A stretch of DNA of 64,000 nt from the NCBI GenBank assembly GCA_030141605.1, contig JAQGDQ010000553.1, positions 1-64,000 of the forward strand, written 5' to 3'. Position 1 is the first letter of the stretch, and each line of letters starts with the position of its first letter. Made by a program: the position numbers and the translations under genes. The notes below the pieces were generated by a model. It made no database searches, was not told the origin of the DNA, and was given only the letters and a program-made list of their open reading frames with translations. This DNA comes from Tubiluchus corallicola. Its lineage: Eukaryota; Animalia; Priapulida. Shown here in pieces: positions 1 to 11,234 of the stretch.

Positions 1-482
1 CTTGTAAATAAACCTAGGTTACGAGTGTACCCCCAACATGCAGAGCAGTTACACTGACAGGAAAAAATCAACAATACTCACAAGTACATTCCAGACAAAA
101 ATTACAGAAACGTTATAAAAAAACATAAAATAATCGATGTTGATTGTAACAATTGAATAAAGAGTTTAACTTTCATTCAAAAATTTTGACTAAAGCCTGT
201 CTCCAATCTTCTATCTGAAATAGTAAGGATGTGATTTTTATGAGTCCGCTGTTTGGGTCTTGGCTTTTGTTGTGATCGTATAAGGCGCACAAGGCAATAA
301 AACATTGCTCACAAATTTGTTGTACAATATTAAAGTTTACTGTAAAAGGGTTCTGAGTCACACTTATAACAACACAGTAAAAATACAAAGTTATTTAAGC
401 TAATTTGTGAGGGAGCATCGTATAGGAAAGCCAAATCCTCTCTTAAGGCTCTGTGCTCGCGTCTCTCCTTCCTGGCCTGGTG

Positions 483-514
<32 letters not shown>

Positions 515-516
515 GG

Positions 517-560
<44 letters not shown>

Positions 561-580
561 GGTAGACAGGCAAACAAACA
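483..580 (+). repeat. (GACA)n tetranucleotide microsatellite; mirror (TGTC)n at about 10211-10311
   Basis: Direct reading; the right-arm copy is 8 bp longer. Confidence 0.95.
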
Positions 581-627
581 CACGCAAAATTGTTTTGCTG
601 CTGCTAAATGTCGACTGACAAGTGCTA

Positions 628-825
628 CCGCCTAAGTATCCACTGTCCAACTGTATGCTGCCCAAGTCGCCACTGCCCAAATGCCCACTGCCTAAATGTC
701 CTGCTGTCCAAATATTCACTGCCGAAGTGCCACTGCCAAACTGTTCACTTCCTAAGTGTCTATTGTCCAAGTCCAACTGTCCGCTTCCCAAGTGTCCACT
801 GCCCAAATATCTGCTGCCCAAGTGA
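628..825 (+). repeat. Degenerate 15-bp minisatellite (consensus about CTGCCCAAGTGTCCA); mirror at about 9963-10160
   Basis: About 13 units, producing the spurious LPKCP / HLGSG periodic ORFs. Confidence 0.9.
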
Positions 826-1351
826 TCGTGGCTGGACTGCGAAATGAAGAGCTGGAAACCCGAAACTGGAATAACGACCTAATATACACTGCTGTGTCTA
901 TAATTCTAAAAAAGCAAACAAATAAAAATAAAAGCTAACATATATAAAGTAATAAGTTGCTGTGAAGCAATAATTAATTTACTTAATTTCCTGATTATTA
1001 GTTTTGTTCAGTTTCGCGTTAAATTAAGTAAATCAGTGGCGAATCGATTATTAGCGTAACTTTCTCGCCTTGTCAATCATCATCTGTGCTCGCGTGGCGC
1101 ATCGCAAACTATATAATTATGTCCGTCACATCATAATGACATGTAGTTTGGCCAAGGAGAGATTATAGCGCGCAGCATTCGAAAATTAATCCAAAACGTA
1201 GCGTAATGGCAAGACTTACACCAACGCGCAACGCTTTCTTGAACAGTGTCCTGATTAGTGTAACGATGTGTGTCGTGGACGAGTAGCAAGAGAAACTGTG
1301 GTGGTTTATTTACGAAACTCGCGCTAATTTTTTGTTTATTTTTTGCTCGTT

Positions 1352-1405
1352 ATGTCTGTCTGGCTGGGAAGTTTGATGTTTCTTGTCACCTGTTCCATTT
1401 TAACG
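1352..1405 (+). CDS. Putative signal-peptide-encoding first exon (MSVWLGSLMFLVTCSILT), left-arm copy
   Basis: ATG at 1352, 18 mostly hydrophobic codons, then a strong donor ACG|GTAAGA at 1406. It lies downstream of a CpG-richer segment (about 1010-1350). No convincing downstream exon was found. Confidence 0.4.
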
Positions 1406-1445
1406 GTAAGAATCATCTATTAACCATTACTATACCACTGAACTA

Positions 1446-1664
1446 AGATAAGGTAAGGTAAGGTAAGGTAAGGTAGGGCAAAGCAAGGTAAGGTGAACAT
1501 AAGGCAAGGTAAGACAAGGTAAGGTAAGGTAAGGTAAGGTAAGGTAAGGTAAGGTAAGGTAAGGTAAGGTAAGGTAAGGTTTGGTAAGGTAAGGTAAGGT
1601 AAGGTAAGGAAGGTAAGGTAAGGTAAGGTAAGGTTTGGTAAGGTAAGGTAAGGCAAAACAAGGT
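1446..1664 (+). repeat. (AAGGT)n pentanucleotide microsatellite
   Basis: Direct reading; it abuts a (GGT)n run at about 1662-1700. Confidence 0.95.
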
Positions 1665-2002
1665 GGTGGTGGTGGTGGTGGTAATAGTAGTGGTAGTGTT
1701 TTGGTACGACGTCAGACGAGTGGAGGACTGTCACTAGGTCGAAGCCATTAGCCTGGCAGCCACATCTGATGACCGATTAAGGCTTCCCTTAAACAAAATG
1801 CACCTGCTTAGAAATGAACCTGCTAGAAACAAACTAATACGCACCAATCAAGCTAATGCATATATAAGACGCTTAATAGATCTTATAAACCTATGTCATT
1901 ATACAATATAATTATTTATATATTATCAGGAAGCTTAATCGCAGTATTGGTTAATAAAGCAGCTGCGACTGAAATTGTATACGCGACTCAGGTTAGGTAT
2001 AC

Positions 2003-2005
2003 AGC

Positions 2006-2048
<43 letters not shown>

Positions 2049-2101
2049 GCAGCAGCAGCAGCAGCAGCAACAAAAACAATAACAACAGTAACAACAACAA
2101 C
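2003..2101 (+). repeat. Compound (CAA)n/(CAG)n microsatellite
   Basis: Direct reading; source of the poly-T/A and poly-C pseudo-ORFs. Confidence 0.95.
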
Positions 2102-4324
2102 TTAATTTATGTATCATCTGAAAATTAAATAGTTTTTAGCGTAGCAGCAGAGCTTTGAGGGTTAATCTTTGAGATTAACAAAAGTAGCTGAGGCTGAAAT
2201 TATGTCGCGGCCGGTGAGCGACTTCACTAGTACGATAACGGCCACGGCCACTGCGGTGGCGACGACAGTGACAACAACGACGACAACGACTAGTACTACT
2301 GCTTTCTTCCTTGCTTTCTTCTTTCTTCAATCATTGACGTGTTATTAAAAGTATTTTGTGAATTTATTCTGTGACAAACATAATTGGTAAGAATACAACA
2401 TGATTTGTGAAAATTGTAATTAATAATTCTTTAGCTGTTACCATTTCCGTTGCACACAAGACTAACACGCAGTCGATCAGGTGACAAGTCTTGCGTGTGA
2501 GTAATTAGTTCTACGAAATCCCCGAGCAATTCTGGAACTATTTGTTTAATGTTGCTTTTTGAGGCTTAGAGCTTACTTCATGCACCACAGAATTTGCTAC
2601 GGTCAAACCTCTTTGCACCACCTGCTTTGGGACCGCAAAAAGGTTGATATTAAGCGAATTTGGCTTTATAACGACGTACATTAATGCATTCATGTCTATG
2701 CAAATACAGACATTTTGTTGAATAAAAAATATGGGCGCTAGGCGAGGTTGGCATTATGGGGGGAGCGTAATAAAGAGATTTAACTTATGGTTATATCAAT
2801 ATTATGGTTTAATGGAAACTGAGCTTGTGTTTTAGGCCAATCTAGCCTAGGTCTAGGAGGTGTTCATCGTGTGCAGTATCTTCTACATTCAATGCATGTC
2901 ACTGGGTGGGTGACTAAACTACACAGTGAACGTGAAAACGTCTGGAAACACTACAATAATTATTACTTTTGCAAACAGGTTTATTAGTTGGCTTAGAAAC
3001 AAAAGGTTAGGAGAGACTATTTTATATGAAAACGCGGTAACTTCTATTATTAAATAATTTTAGCAGACAGCTAGACAGCTTCATGTAGAATCCACTGCTA
3101 AATTAGAGGAGGAATAATAAGCTGATGTCGTGTAAATCTGTCTGGAACCATATTTTTAATAGAGTAATTTATAATATTACTAGTTTTGTTAACGTCTTAT
3201 CACTGTTGGGTGACTGATATTGGTGGTCTGACACGATAACCTAATGGTTTTTCGTAAACCCGTCGCTATGCAGGCCACAGCAACAATTGTATATTTCGCT
3301 TTTGTATCTATAACAGACAAATAAATTAAATTTGAATTTGACTGCTTGTATTATTGTGGTTGAGCGGTGGTTCTGTTTTCAGTTAATGAAGAGACATACA
3401 CGCAACAACAGGTTAAGCAAAGGTAAAATATTATGCAGATGTTCTTTTCCCCGAATTGCTTAACAATGAAATACGGAAAGTCGGAACTAGGGATTCCTGA
3501 TAAATAAACAATAATTGACGACTACGTCACATTTCATTAATTCCCACTAAAACATTAAATTTTCTTAAATTAAGAAACATGACACCTCATTTTTGATTAG
3601 TTAAAAACTCACTATAGATAATTTAACTGTTAGCCTAACCCGAAAAGCTTTACGTAATTTATATTTTTATGTTATGATAATAGGCCTCAAATCATGCAGC
3701 TTCATACTGATAATTGGGTTACATTATAATACTGTGTTTATACTTGCGTGCAGTAGGCTAATCACCTAAACAAATACAGTCACGTCAGCGTCACGCCTGA
3801 ATTACATATATTATCTGTTTCTTGAAATCATAATAGCGTATTGTTTCACCCATATAATTCGTATCATTTACATGTGATTTGGGCATAATATAATCGTCAA
3901 TATTGTGTACTGATAACTAAGTATATTGGTTTTTTGTAGTCAACCTTCATTACAATTGACGAAGTTAAATTAATGGAAAAAAATTATTTTTCACATCCGA
4001 TCCCATTTTGAAATACCATAAAAAGTATACACTTTAAGACCTATAATAATGCCAAAGCGTTTCCGGCAATTAAATAATAGGTTAAAAACTTAACTAACGG
4101 CTGTCGAGCTCACTTAGTGATGACATTACAACTGAGCATAACTTTCAACAGCACAGACATTTCGTGAGTGAATAGGGAATAGAACTGGTTTTTTAGACCC
4201 CTGTCTGCCAATCTGTTTACAATTATGCGGACCTGCAGCATTAAATTTGTTTACGTGTCGTTTTTGACCAGATTTCACTGTCCATCGCTTTTTGTCATGA
4301 TTCAAACACAAAGTCCTTTGGTCA

Positions 4325-5100
4325 GTCGATTCCTCGTTTCCTCAAATGAAGTCCATCAATGGCCATTAAATACACTATTACAAAGCGTTATTTACAAAGC
4401 TTTTAGCCACTTCACAAACACTCACATCCTTTTGACTTGATAACTTCGCAATTAAATTAACATTAAATGCATCAATAACTTTATTTACAAACGTCATTTG
4501 ATCTAGGATTGGGTAGCATGTTTTCTGTCAAGCGTAGAATGTCGCATACAAAAACATTACTGACAGGAAACTGAATTCTCATTTTACTTATGCATGAATT
4601 AACCTGTCTTATCATTGCTCTTACATTATTTTCAATTAAGACATCATTAGATGAATTCGCTTTTTGTAAGACATCGTTAACACCACTGGGCATTACAATT
4701 TTGGTAACTGTTTGATCTATATAATTATCAAGCAAGTTCATATCAAGTTCGCTAATTGTGAGTCCTTTATAGGAATGAATCTGTGCATATTTACCTATCA
4801 TGTTGGGTTTCATGTGTACTGTTTTAGAATCGCATTTAATAAGCGTATTTGTTGTATCTCTTAAAGTCTTATTGATGCTCCTTTTTGTCCTTGTTTCTGT
4901 TGCCTTTTCGTTGTTTACATCTGGTTTATTCATGGCACCGACGCTATCGGGAGAAGGACGGGTAATACTGAGTCTACAAGCGTTGTTGTTTGCAATCACT
5001 ATTTGTTCTTGGTGTTTGTTTTCCCTCAATGTTGTAGAGATTTTATTCAGTTGGAACAAAAGGCGACTTAGCTGATATGTGATACACACTGATTACCTCA
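4325..5100 (-). mobile_element. Degenerate non-LTR retrotransposon ORF1 with SGNH/GDSL-esterase-like domain (CR1/L2-type)
   Basis: ORF 4481..5089 has KIVMPSGVNDV (GxND block) and QFPVSNVFVCDIL. After frameshifts it reads NKVIDAFNVNLIAK and MAIDGLHLRKRG (DxxH block, about 4330-4366). Confidence 0.7.
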
Positions 5101-6207
5101 AAAAAGAATGCCGTTCTTGTTCACGCAAAAATGACGTGCAACAAATTATTAATTCCTTGATAGCATCTACTTTCTTTCTACATCTCAAGTTTCAAGTTTC
5201 AAGTTTATTTTTTCTGAATATGAACTTACACTGAGTTTGTGAGAAAAATGCATATGAACGCGGCAAATTACTAATGCTTACTAATAAGCTTGTTTACAGT
5301 TTTTAAACTGAGGAGAACTTGGCATGGCGATACTCTGCCGTACTTCACCAAGAAAAAAGAAAAAACGAAAGCCAAAAAAGTCAGAGATAAAAAAGGAAGG
5401 AAAAGAGGGATGGTAATAGAAAGGCAACGGATAATCGATCTGTTAAGTAAATGTTACACTAACAAAGATGCACTAAATAGCTAAAAGAATTTCCAGTTAT
5501 AAATGCGAAGCAATTGGCTACACTACGTTCCATTCAAATCGCATACGTAGCAGTTTGTCAGCTGACATATATTGGTATACATGTTAATACAAAGCAGCTC
5601 ACAGTATTTTTTTATTAGCCTGATGGCTATGAGTAATAGCCTTGTCAGCAACACACCTTGGTATATCGCTAACGATGCTATAAATTACATGTTTTAATGA
5701 ACGCTTAGCAAAAATGAACGCTCAGCAAAAACATCAAACATCAAAAGCTTAGAAGTCAACGTCAGCCAGTATGGATGTATGTTTATTTGAATATCTATCC
5801 ATGCAATATCTCAAACAGATTATCTTGTATTGGGGAATATATCTAAACTCAAATATTTAAAGTCAAATCAATTAGATAGAGATGATTGTAAATTCAAGTT
5901 CCAAAAGTAGTTAAATTAGGGGCATTTACGGCCTCAGATGGCAAAAAACTGTACAGACGTACAATGAGTCAAACTTGATCCTTTGCCAGTTTTAAGTTGT
6001 GTCCACTAAGCCTTGTACCGCTGGACAATACAAAAAGACGTCATAATCAATAAGCCACTGGTAAGTAAGAATCAAGTCAGCTCGTTGACGCCTAAAATGA
6101 ACAAAGGCTGAAAAGACAGCATAAAAAGCCGCTCATTATAACTAAATTGGAATAATCCATAAGCTAAGCGAGTGGCGTGACGCTGGACATTTTGCAAAAG
6201 ATCTATA

Positions 6208-6209
6208 AT

Positions 6210-6254
<45 letters not shown>

Positions 6255-6270
6255 AATAATAATAATAATA
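6208..6270 (+). repeat. (CAA)n/(TAA)n microsatellite
   Basis: Direct reading. Confidence 0.9.
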
Positions 6271-6399
6271 AACGCTTTATTTTACAAACGAGATTTTCGT
6301 CAATATATCGTTGCTAATGAGGCGACCAAACTTGACAGACGTACTCAAGTTTTGAGCGAATTAGAGACCGATATATAAGTGGGAATAACTGTCTCTCTA

Positions 6400-7010
6400 A
6401 CAGACCAAAAGAGCGTCGTATTAAGCATGGCTGCGTGAGTGTCTGATGCAGGTTTTTGACAATGCCCCGAAGATTTAGCATCAGATGAAGTAAAACAGAT
6501 TAGCAGAAGTGATCGTTAAATCCAACTTATTTTGAGATACCATATGTCATCAACCAGAGACGAGCCAAATCAACTAGTAGAATTTAGGTGGTCCTGTAAA
6601 TCAAAAGCACTGGCCTCCACTCCAGGCAAAGTCCCTTAGCCATAAAGATATAGTTTATATATTAGCTTTTGACGTGATGAGGAAGGCCTTTCAAAAGTCT
6701 AAGAATACAGCATCAACAGGCAGTCCATTATCTAGATGCTGGTCAGCTCATTCATGAAGTCAAGGAGTTGAAGTGTTGCCGATCTTTTACTGCTAAAGTC
6801 CTATTGTGATGGAAAGATAAGATTATTGGCATTGGCAAAATCCGTAATGTCTGTTTTGATAGCGGTTTCCATGACCTTGCAACAGGAAAAGCTCAAAATT
6901 ATTAGCCTGAAATTTCATGGTTAAGGAACGTTTTTGTGAATAGGACATACACTTGCTAGTGACCAATCAGCAGGAAGAACAGACTATTGAAATGACTTAA
7001 TGAGAGTGGC
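6400..7010 (-). mobile_element. Degenerate CR1/L2-type LINE reverse transcriptase fragment
   Basis: Minus-strand translation with stops and frameshifts gives LPADWSLASVCPIHK, NFRLIILSFSCCKVME, RSATLQLLDF and LDNGLPVDAVFLDF*KAF, which are typical non-LTR RT motifs. Confidence 0.85.
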
Positions 7011-7399
7011 TCAGCGAGCGCAAAAAATAGTATTTAGAAAGTTAGAAAGAACAACGTTTGAAATGGCGTCCAGGTGAGGAACCAACTTTGAAATTCCGCA
7101 AAATATACCCAATCCTTTTTGGCGAAAAGTCAACCTTTAGTTCAGCATTCGTATACGCAGGGCTGGACTACGAGTTTTTGGAGCCGAAAAAGTTAAAATC
7201 CCCGTTGACGAAACGTTTCAGAAATTTGTCATTAATTAACTCAAATTTATTTTTATGCCCAACTATAATAACGTAATAACGTAATGTACAACCCACTTGC
7301 GCTAATTAAACTCATTAACGTAAGTTAATTATGTGCTTCTTCATGAGGCGCAAATTTGGGGAATGGCTTATATAAACAATTAAGAAGAGCATATATTTA

Positions 7400-8095
7400 A
7401 ATAACTATTTAAGAGAATTACGATAAACAGTGTATGTGTGCATCAGTACAATATAAAAATCCTACCTACATAAACAAAATGTTTGAAATGCGAAACTCAA
7501 ACTACTCCTTGAGGAGACCTAATTCTAAAAATTCCATTCGTAAAGAACTACCAAATACGGTTTGACTCATCTCAGTATGAAGGATGAAAAGCGTGGAATG
7601 ACTTAAAAAATGATGCAAGGAATTACTGCACCGTTAATATCTTTGTAAATAAACTGAAAAGCGAGTGATTTATTTTTGCCTTCCATGTGCTGATTTGAAA
7701 TGAATTACTTACTCCACTAAGTAATTCTGTCATTTTTCTTCTAAAATTCTATAGTTTTACTTGTAGTAATTCTGTAATTTTTTTTCTGTTTTATCATTAT
7801 CCGTTTTAATCGTACGTTACTTGTGCTTGAATAAATTAAATGATCATTTTAGACTCAACTCAGTACTTTTACACACTAATTATGCATATTCAAATTGTAA
7901 CTAGGACTAGACACCTGTCATGTTATTGCCACTGTAAGCTTTTACTTGTTTTTATATAATTTTTATAATAATTGTTGTAATTTTAGCCATTTTAGTCGGT
8001 GATAATAGTTCCTGTATGAACTAATGTTTTATGTACCTCAAAATCGACTTTAAATAAACTACTGACTTACTTACTTACTCACTCACTCACTTACT
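7400..8095 (+). mobile_element. L2/CR1-type LINE 3' end remnant with AATAAA and short-repeat tail
   Basis: Reads PTYINKMFEMRNSNYSLRR...YEG*KAWNDL at about 7460-7605, matching the usual ORF2 C-terminal pattern. AATAAA plus (ACTT/ACTC)n tail at about 8054-8095. Confidence 0.6.
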
Positions 8096-8417
8096 CGCGT
8101 CTGTGCGTAGTTTTTCTTGAATATTCTTTTATTCTTAAGGTAACTTGTAATGCATTTTGTGCATAATTTTAGAATTGTTGAGCAGTCAAATTCAATGTTT
8201 TAAAGTGTAATTTCCAGTAAAAGCTGGCATTAATGGCAGAATAATCCAAAACGATTTATTTAACATGACATTTGGGAAATATGACCATGGTCATGGAATT
8301 ACGTAAGAGGCTTTTCCTAAACGTCGTGTTAGAGAAATGGTTTTGAATTTTATGAATAATGAGTAAGGAGTGAACATGTTTATGTATATAGGGCATGTAA
8401 TGTGTTTTACTCCTCTG

Positions 8418-9345
8418 CTTAGCTTAACTTAGCTTAGTTTTGCCTTACCTTACCTTACCTTACCTTACCTTACCTTACCTTACCTTACCTTACCTTACCT
8501 TACCTTACCTTACCTTACCTTACCTTACCTTAGGTTACCGTACTTTAGGTTCACCTTACCTTGCCTTGCCTTGCCTTACCTTACCTTACCTTGCCTTGCC
8601 TTACCGTACCTTATCTTATCTTATCTTATCTTATCTTATCTTATCTTATCTTATCTTATCTTATCTTATCTTATCTTATCTTATCTTATCTTATCTTATC
8701 TTATCTTATCTTATCTTATCTTATCTTATCTTATCTTATCTTATCTTATCTTATCTTATCTTATCTTATCTTATCTTATCTTATCTTATCTTATCTTATC
8801 TTATCTTATCTTATCTTATCTTATCTTATCTTATCTTATCTTATCTTATCTTATCTTATCTTACCTTACCTTACCTTACCTTACCTTAGCTTAGCTTACC
8901 TTACTTTACGTTCACATTACCTTACCTTACCTTACCTTACCTTACCTTGCCTTACCTTACCTTACCTTACTTTGCCTTACCTTACCTGATCTTATCTTAC
9001 CTTACCTTCCTTACCTTACTTTACTTTACCTTACCTTACCTTACCTTACCTTACCTTACCTTACCTTACCTTACCTTGTCTTACCTTGCCTTATGTTCAC
9101 CCTACCTTGTTTTGCCTTACCTTACCTTACCCTACCTGATCTTATCTTACCTTACCTTCCTTACCTTACTTTACCTTACCTTACCAAACCTTACCTTACC
9201 TTACCTTACCTTACCTTACCTTACCTTACCTTACCTTACCTTACCTTACCTTACCTTATTACCTTACCTTACCTTGTCTTACCTTGCCTTATGTTCACCT
9301 TACCTTGCTTTGCCCTACCTTACCTTACCTTACCTTACCTTATCT
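8418..9345 (+). repeat. Compound pentamer satellite (CCTTA)n/(TCTTA)n with variant units
   Basis: (CCTTA)n 8443-8610, pure (TCTTA)n about 8611-8860, then (CCTTA)n with variants to 9345. It produces the LPYLT/LSYLI pseudo-ORFs. Confidence 0.97.
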
Positions 9346-10227
9346 TAGTTCAGTGGTATAGTAATGGTTAATAGATGATTCTTACCGTTAAAATGGAACA
9401 GGTGACAAGAAACATCAAACTTCCCAGCCAGACAGACATAACGAGCAAAAAATAAACAAAAAATTAGCGCGAGTTTCGTAAATAAACCACCACAGTTTCT
9501 CTTGCTACTCGTCCACGACACACATCGTTACACTAATCAGGACACTGTTCAAGAAAGCGTTGCGCGTTGGTGTAAGTCTTGTCATTACGCTACGTTTTGG
9601 ATTAATTTTCGAATGCTGCGCGCTATAATCTCTCCTTGGCCAAACTACATGTCATTATGATGTGACGGACATAATTATATAGTTTGCGATGCGCCACGCG
9701 AGCACAGATGATTGACAAGGCGAGAAAGTTACGCTAGTAATCGATTTGCCACTGATTTACTTAATTTAACGCGAAACTGAACAAAACTAATAATCAGTAA
9801 ATTAAGTAAATTAATTATTGCTTCACAGCAACTTATTACTTTATATATGTTAGCTTTTAAAAAAATTTGTTTGCTTTTTTAGAATTATAGACACAGCAGT
9901 GTATATTAGGTCGTTATTCCAGTTTCCGGTTTCCAGCTCTTCATTTCGCAGTCCAGCCACGATCACTTGGGCAGCAGATATTTGGGCAGTGGACACTTGG
10001 GAAGCGGACAGTTGGACTTGGACAATAGACACTTAGGAAGTGAACAGTTTGGCAGTGGCACTTCGGCAGTGAATATTTGGACAGCAGGACATTTAGGCAG
10101 TGGGCATTTGGGCAGTGGCGACTTGGGCAGCATACAGTTGGACAGTGGATACTTAGGCGGTAGCACTTGTCAGTCGACATTTAGCAGCAGCAAAACAATT
10201 TTGCGTGTGTTTGTTTGCCTGTCTACC

Positions 10228-10279
<52 letters not shown>

Positions 10280-10281
10280 CC

Positions 10282-10313
<32 letters not shown>

Positions 10314-10795
10314 CACCAGGCCAGGAAGGAGAGACGCGAGCACAGAGCCTTAAGAGAGGATTTGGCTTTCCTATACGATGCTCCCTCACAAATTAGCTTA
10401 AATAACTTTGTATTTTTACTGTGTTGTTATAAGTGTGACTCAGAACCCTTTTACAGTAAACTTTAATATTGTACAACAAATTTGTGAGCAATGTTTTATT
10501 GCCTTGTGCGCCTTATACGATCACAACAAAAGCCAAGACCCAAACAGCGGACTCATAAAAATCACATCCTTACTATTTCAGATAGAAGATTGGAGACAGG
10601 CTTTAGTCAAAATTTTTGAATGAAAGTTAAACTCTTTATTCAATTGTTACAATCAACATCGATTATTTTATGTTTTTTTATAACGTTTCTGTAATTTTTG
10701 TCTGGAATGTACTTGTGAGTATTGTTGATTTTTTCCTGTCAGTGTAACTGCTCTGCATGTTGGGGGTACACTCGTAACCTAGGTTTATTTACAAG
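9105..10795. repeat. Right arm of the large inverted repeat (may extend beyond 10795)
   Basis: Reverse complement of 1-1664 with only a few substitutions, one 3-bp indel, two extra GACA units and variation in the pentamer tract. Confidence 0.97.
9386..9439 (-). CDS. Putative signal-peptide-encoding first exon, right-arm copy
   Basis: Identical reverse-complement copy of 1352-1405 with an intact GTAAGA donor. Confidence 0.4.
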
Positions 10796-10993
10796 TAATG
10801 CTTCACTGATTTAAAAACAAAGTAATCATATATAAATAGCTAATGACCTTGAGTAGGTGGTTTAAGGCAATTAGTGAATGAACATAATAAAACTGCTCCC
10901 GTAAAGAATATGAAAGTATCCGAATATGAAAGAACTTAAAGCATCCGAATCCGACCAAACATCTTCAGGAACGGTCAGCGAGAAATATTCTAA

Positions 10994-11234
10994 CCCAGTC
11001 TTCACACAATATTGTCACCATGTTGACAAGATCTTGACAAAAAATACGTTTAAAAAATATTGTCATCAAGTTGATACAAATATATGATATTTTTGTCCAA
11101 TATTGGAAACATATGGTTTACAAATATTGATAAAAGATATTGGTACAATGTTGTGGCAAGTCCACATTTCCATACGGTACCACATTTGCAAAAAATGTTG
11201 TGACAAATTGGTGTAATATTGTCGTGCTGCCTGG
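10994..11234. mobile_element. Degenerate palindromic MITE with internal CAATATTG/CAATGTTG-like units
   Basis: Imperfect termini cccagtcttcacacaatatt / aatattgtcgtgctgcctgg with short internal repeats. Confidence 0.45.

Larger units (their letters stand above)
1..1664. repeat. Left arm of a large inverted repeat (truncated by window start)
   Basis: Position 1 (cttgtaaataaacctagg...) is the reverse complement of sequence ending at 10795. The ORF track shows mirrored identical translations (173..388 = 10408..10623; 622..825 = 9963..10166). Homology runs into the (AAGGT)n tract and ends at about 1664. Confidence 0.97.

Noticed and set aside
330-847. ORFs with HLGSG, LPKCP, QTDR and VCLS repeats (and mirrors 9941-10466)
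   Set aside because: They are products of the 15-bp minisatellite and (GACA)n, open in several frames on both strands.
1446-1664. Possible interstitial telomere repeat
   Set aside because: The unit is TAAGG, not TTAGG or TTAGGG, and it interconverts with TAAGA, as ordinary microsatellites do.
1929-1990. Exon-like segment (ag|GAAGCTTAATC...CAG|gttagg) as second exon of the signal-peptide gene
   Set aside because: Joining it to the phase-0 exon gives an immediate stop (GAA GCT TAA). Other exon-like bits at about 2836-2978 and 3383-3422 gave no recognisable protein.
8440-9371. Long LPYLT/LSYLI ORFs (and mirrors at 1420-1734)
   Set aside because: These are translations of stop-free pentamer microsatellites, not genes.
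1-10795. Polinton/Maverick or other autonomous TIR transposon
   Set aside because: No polymerase B, integrase, capsid or transposase ORF is visible in the spacer, and the outer termini are not in the window.
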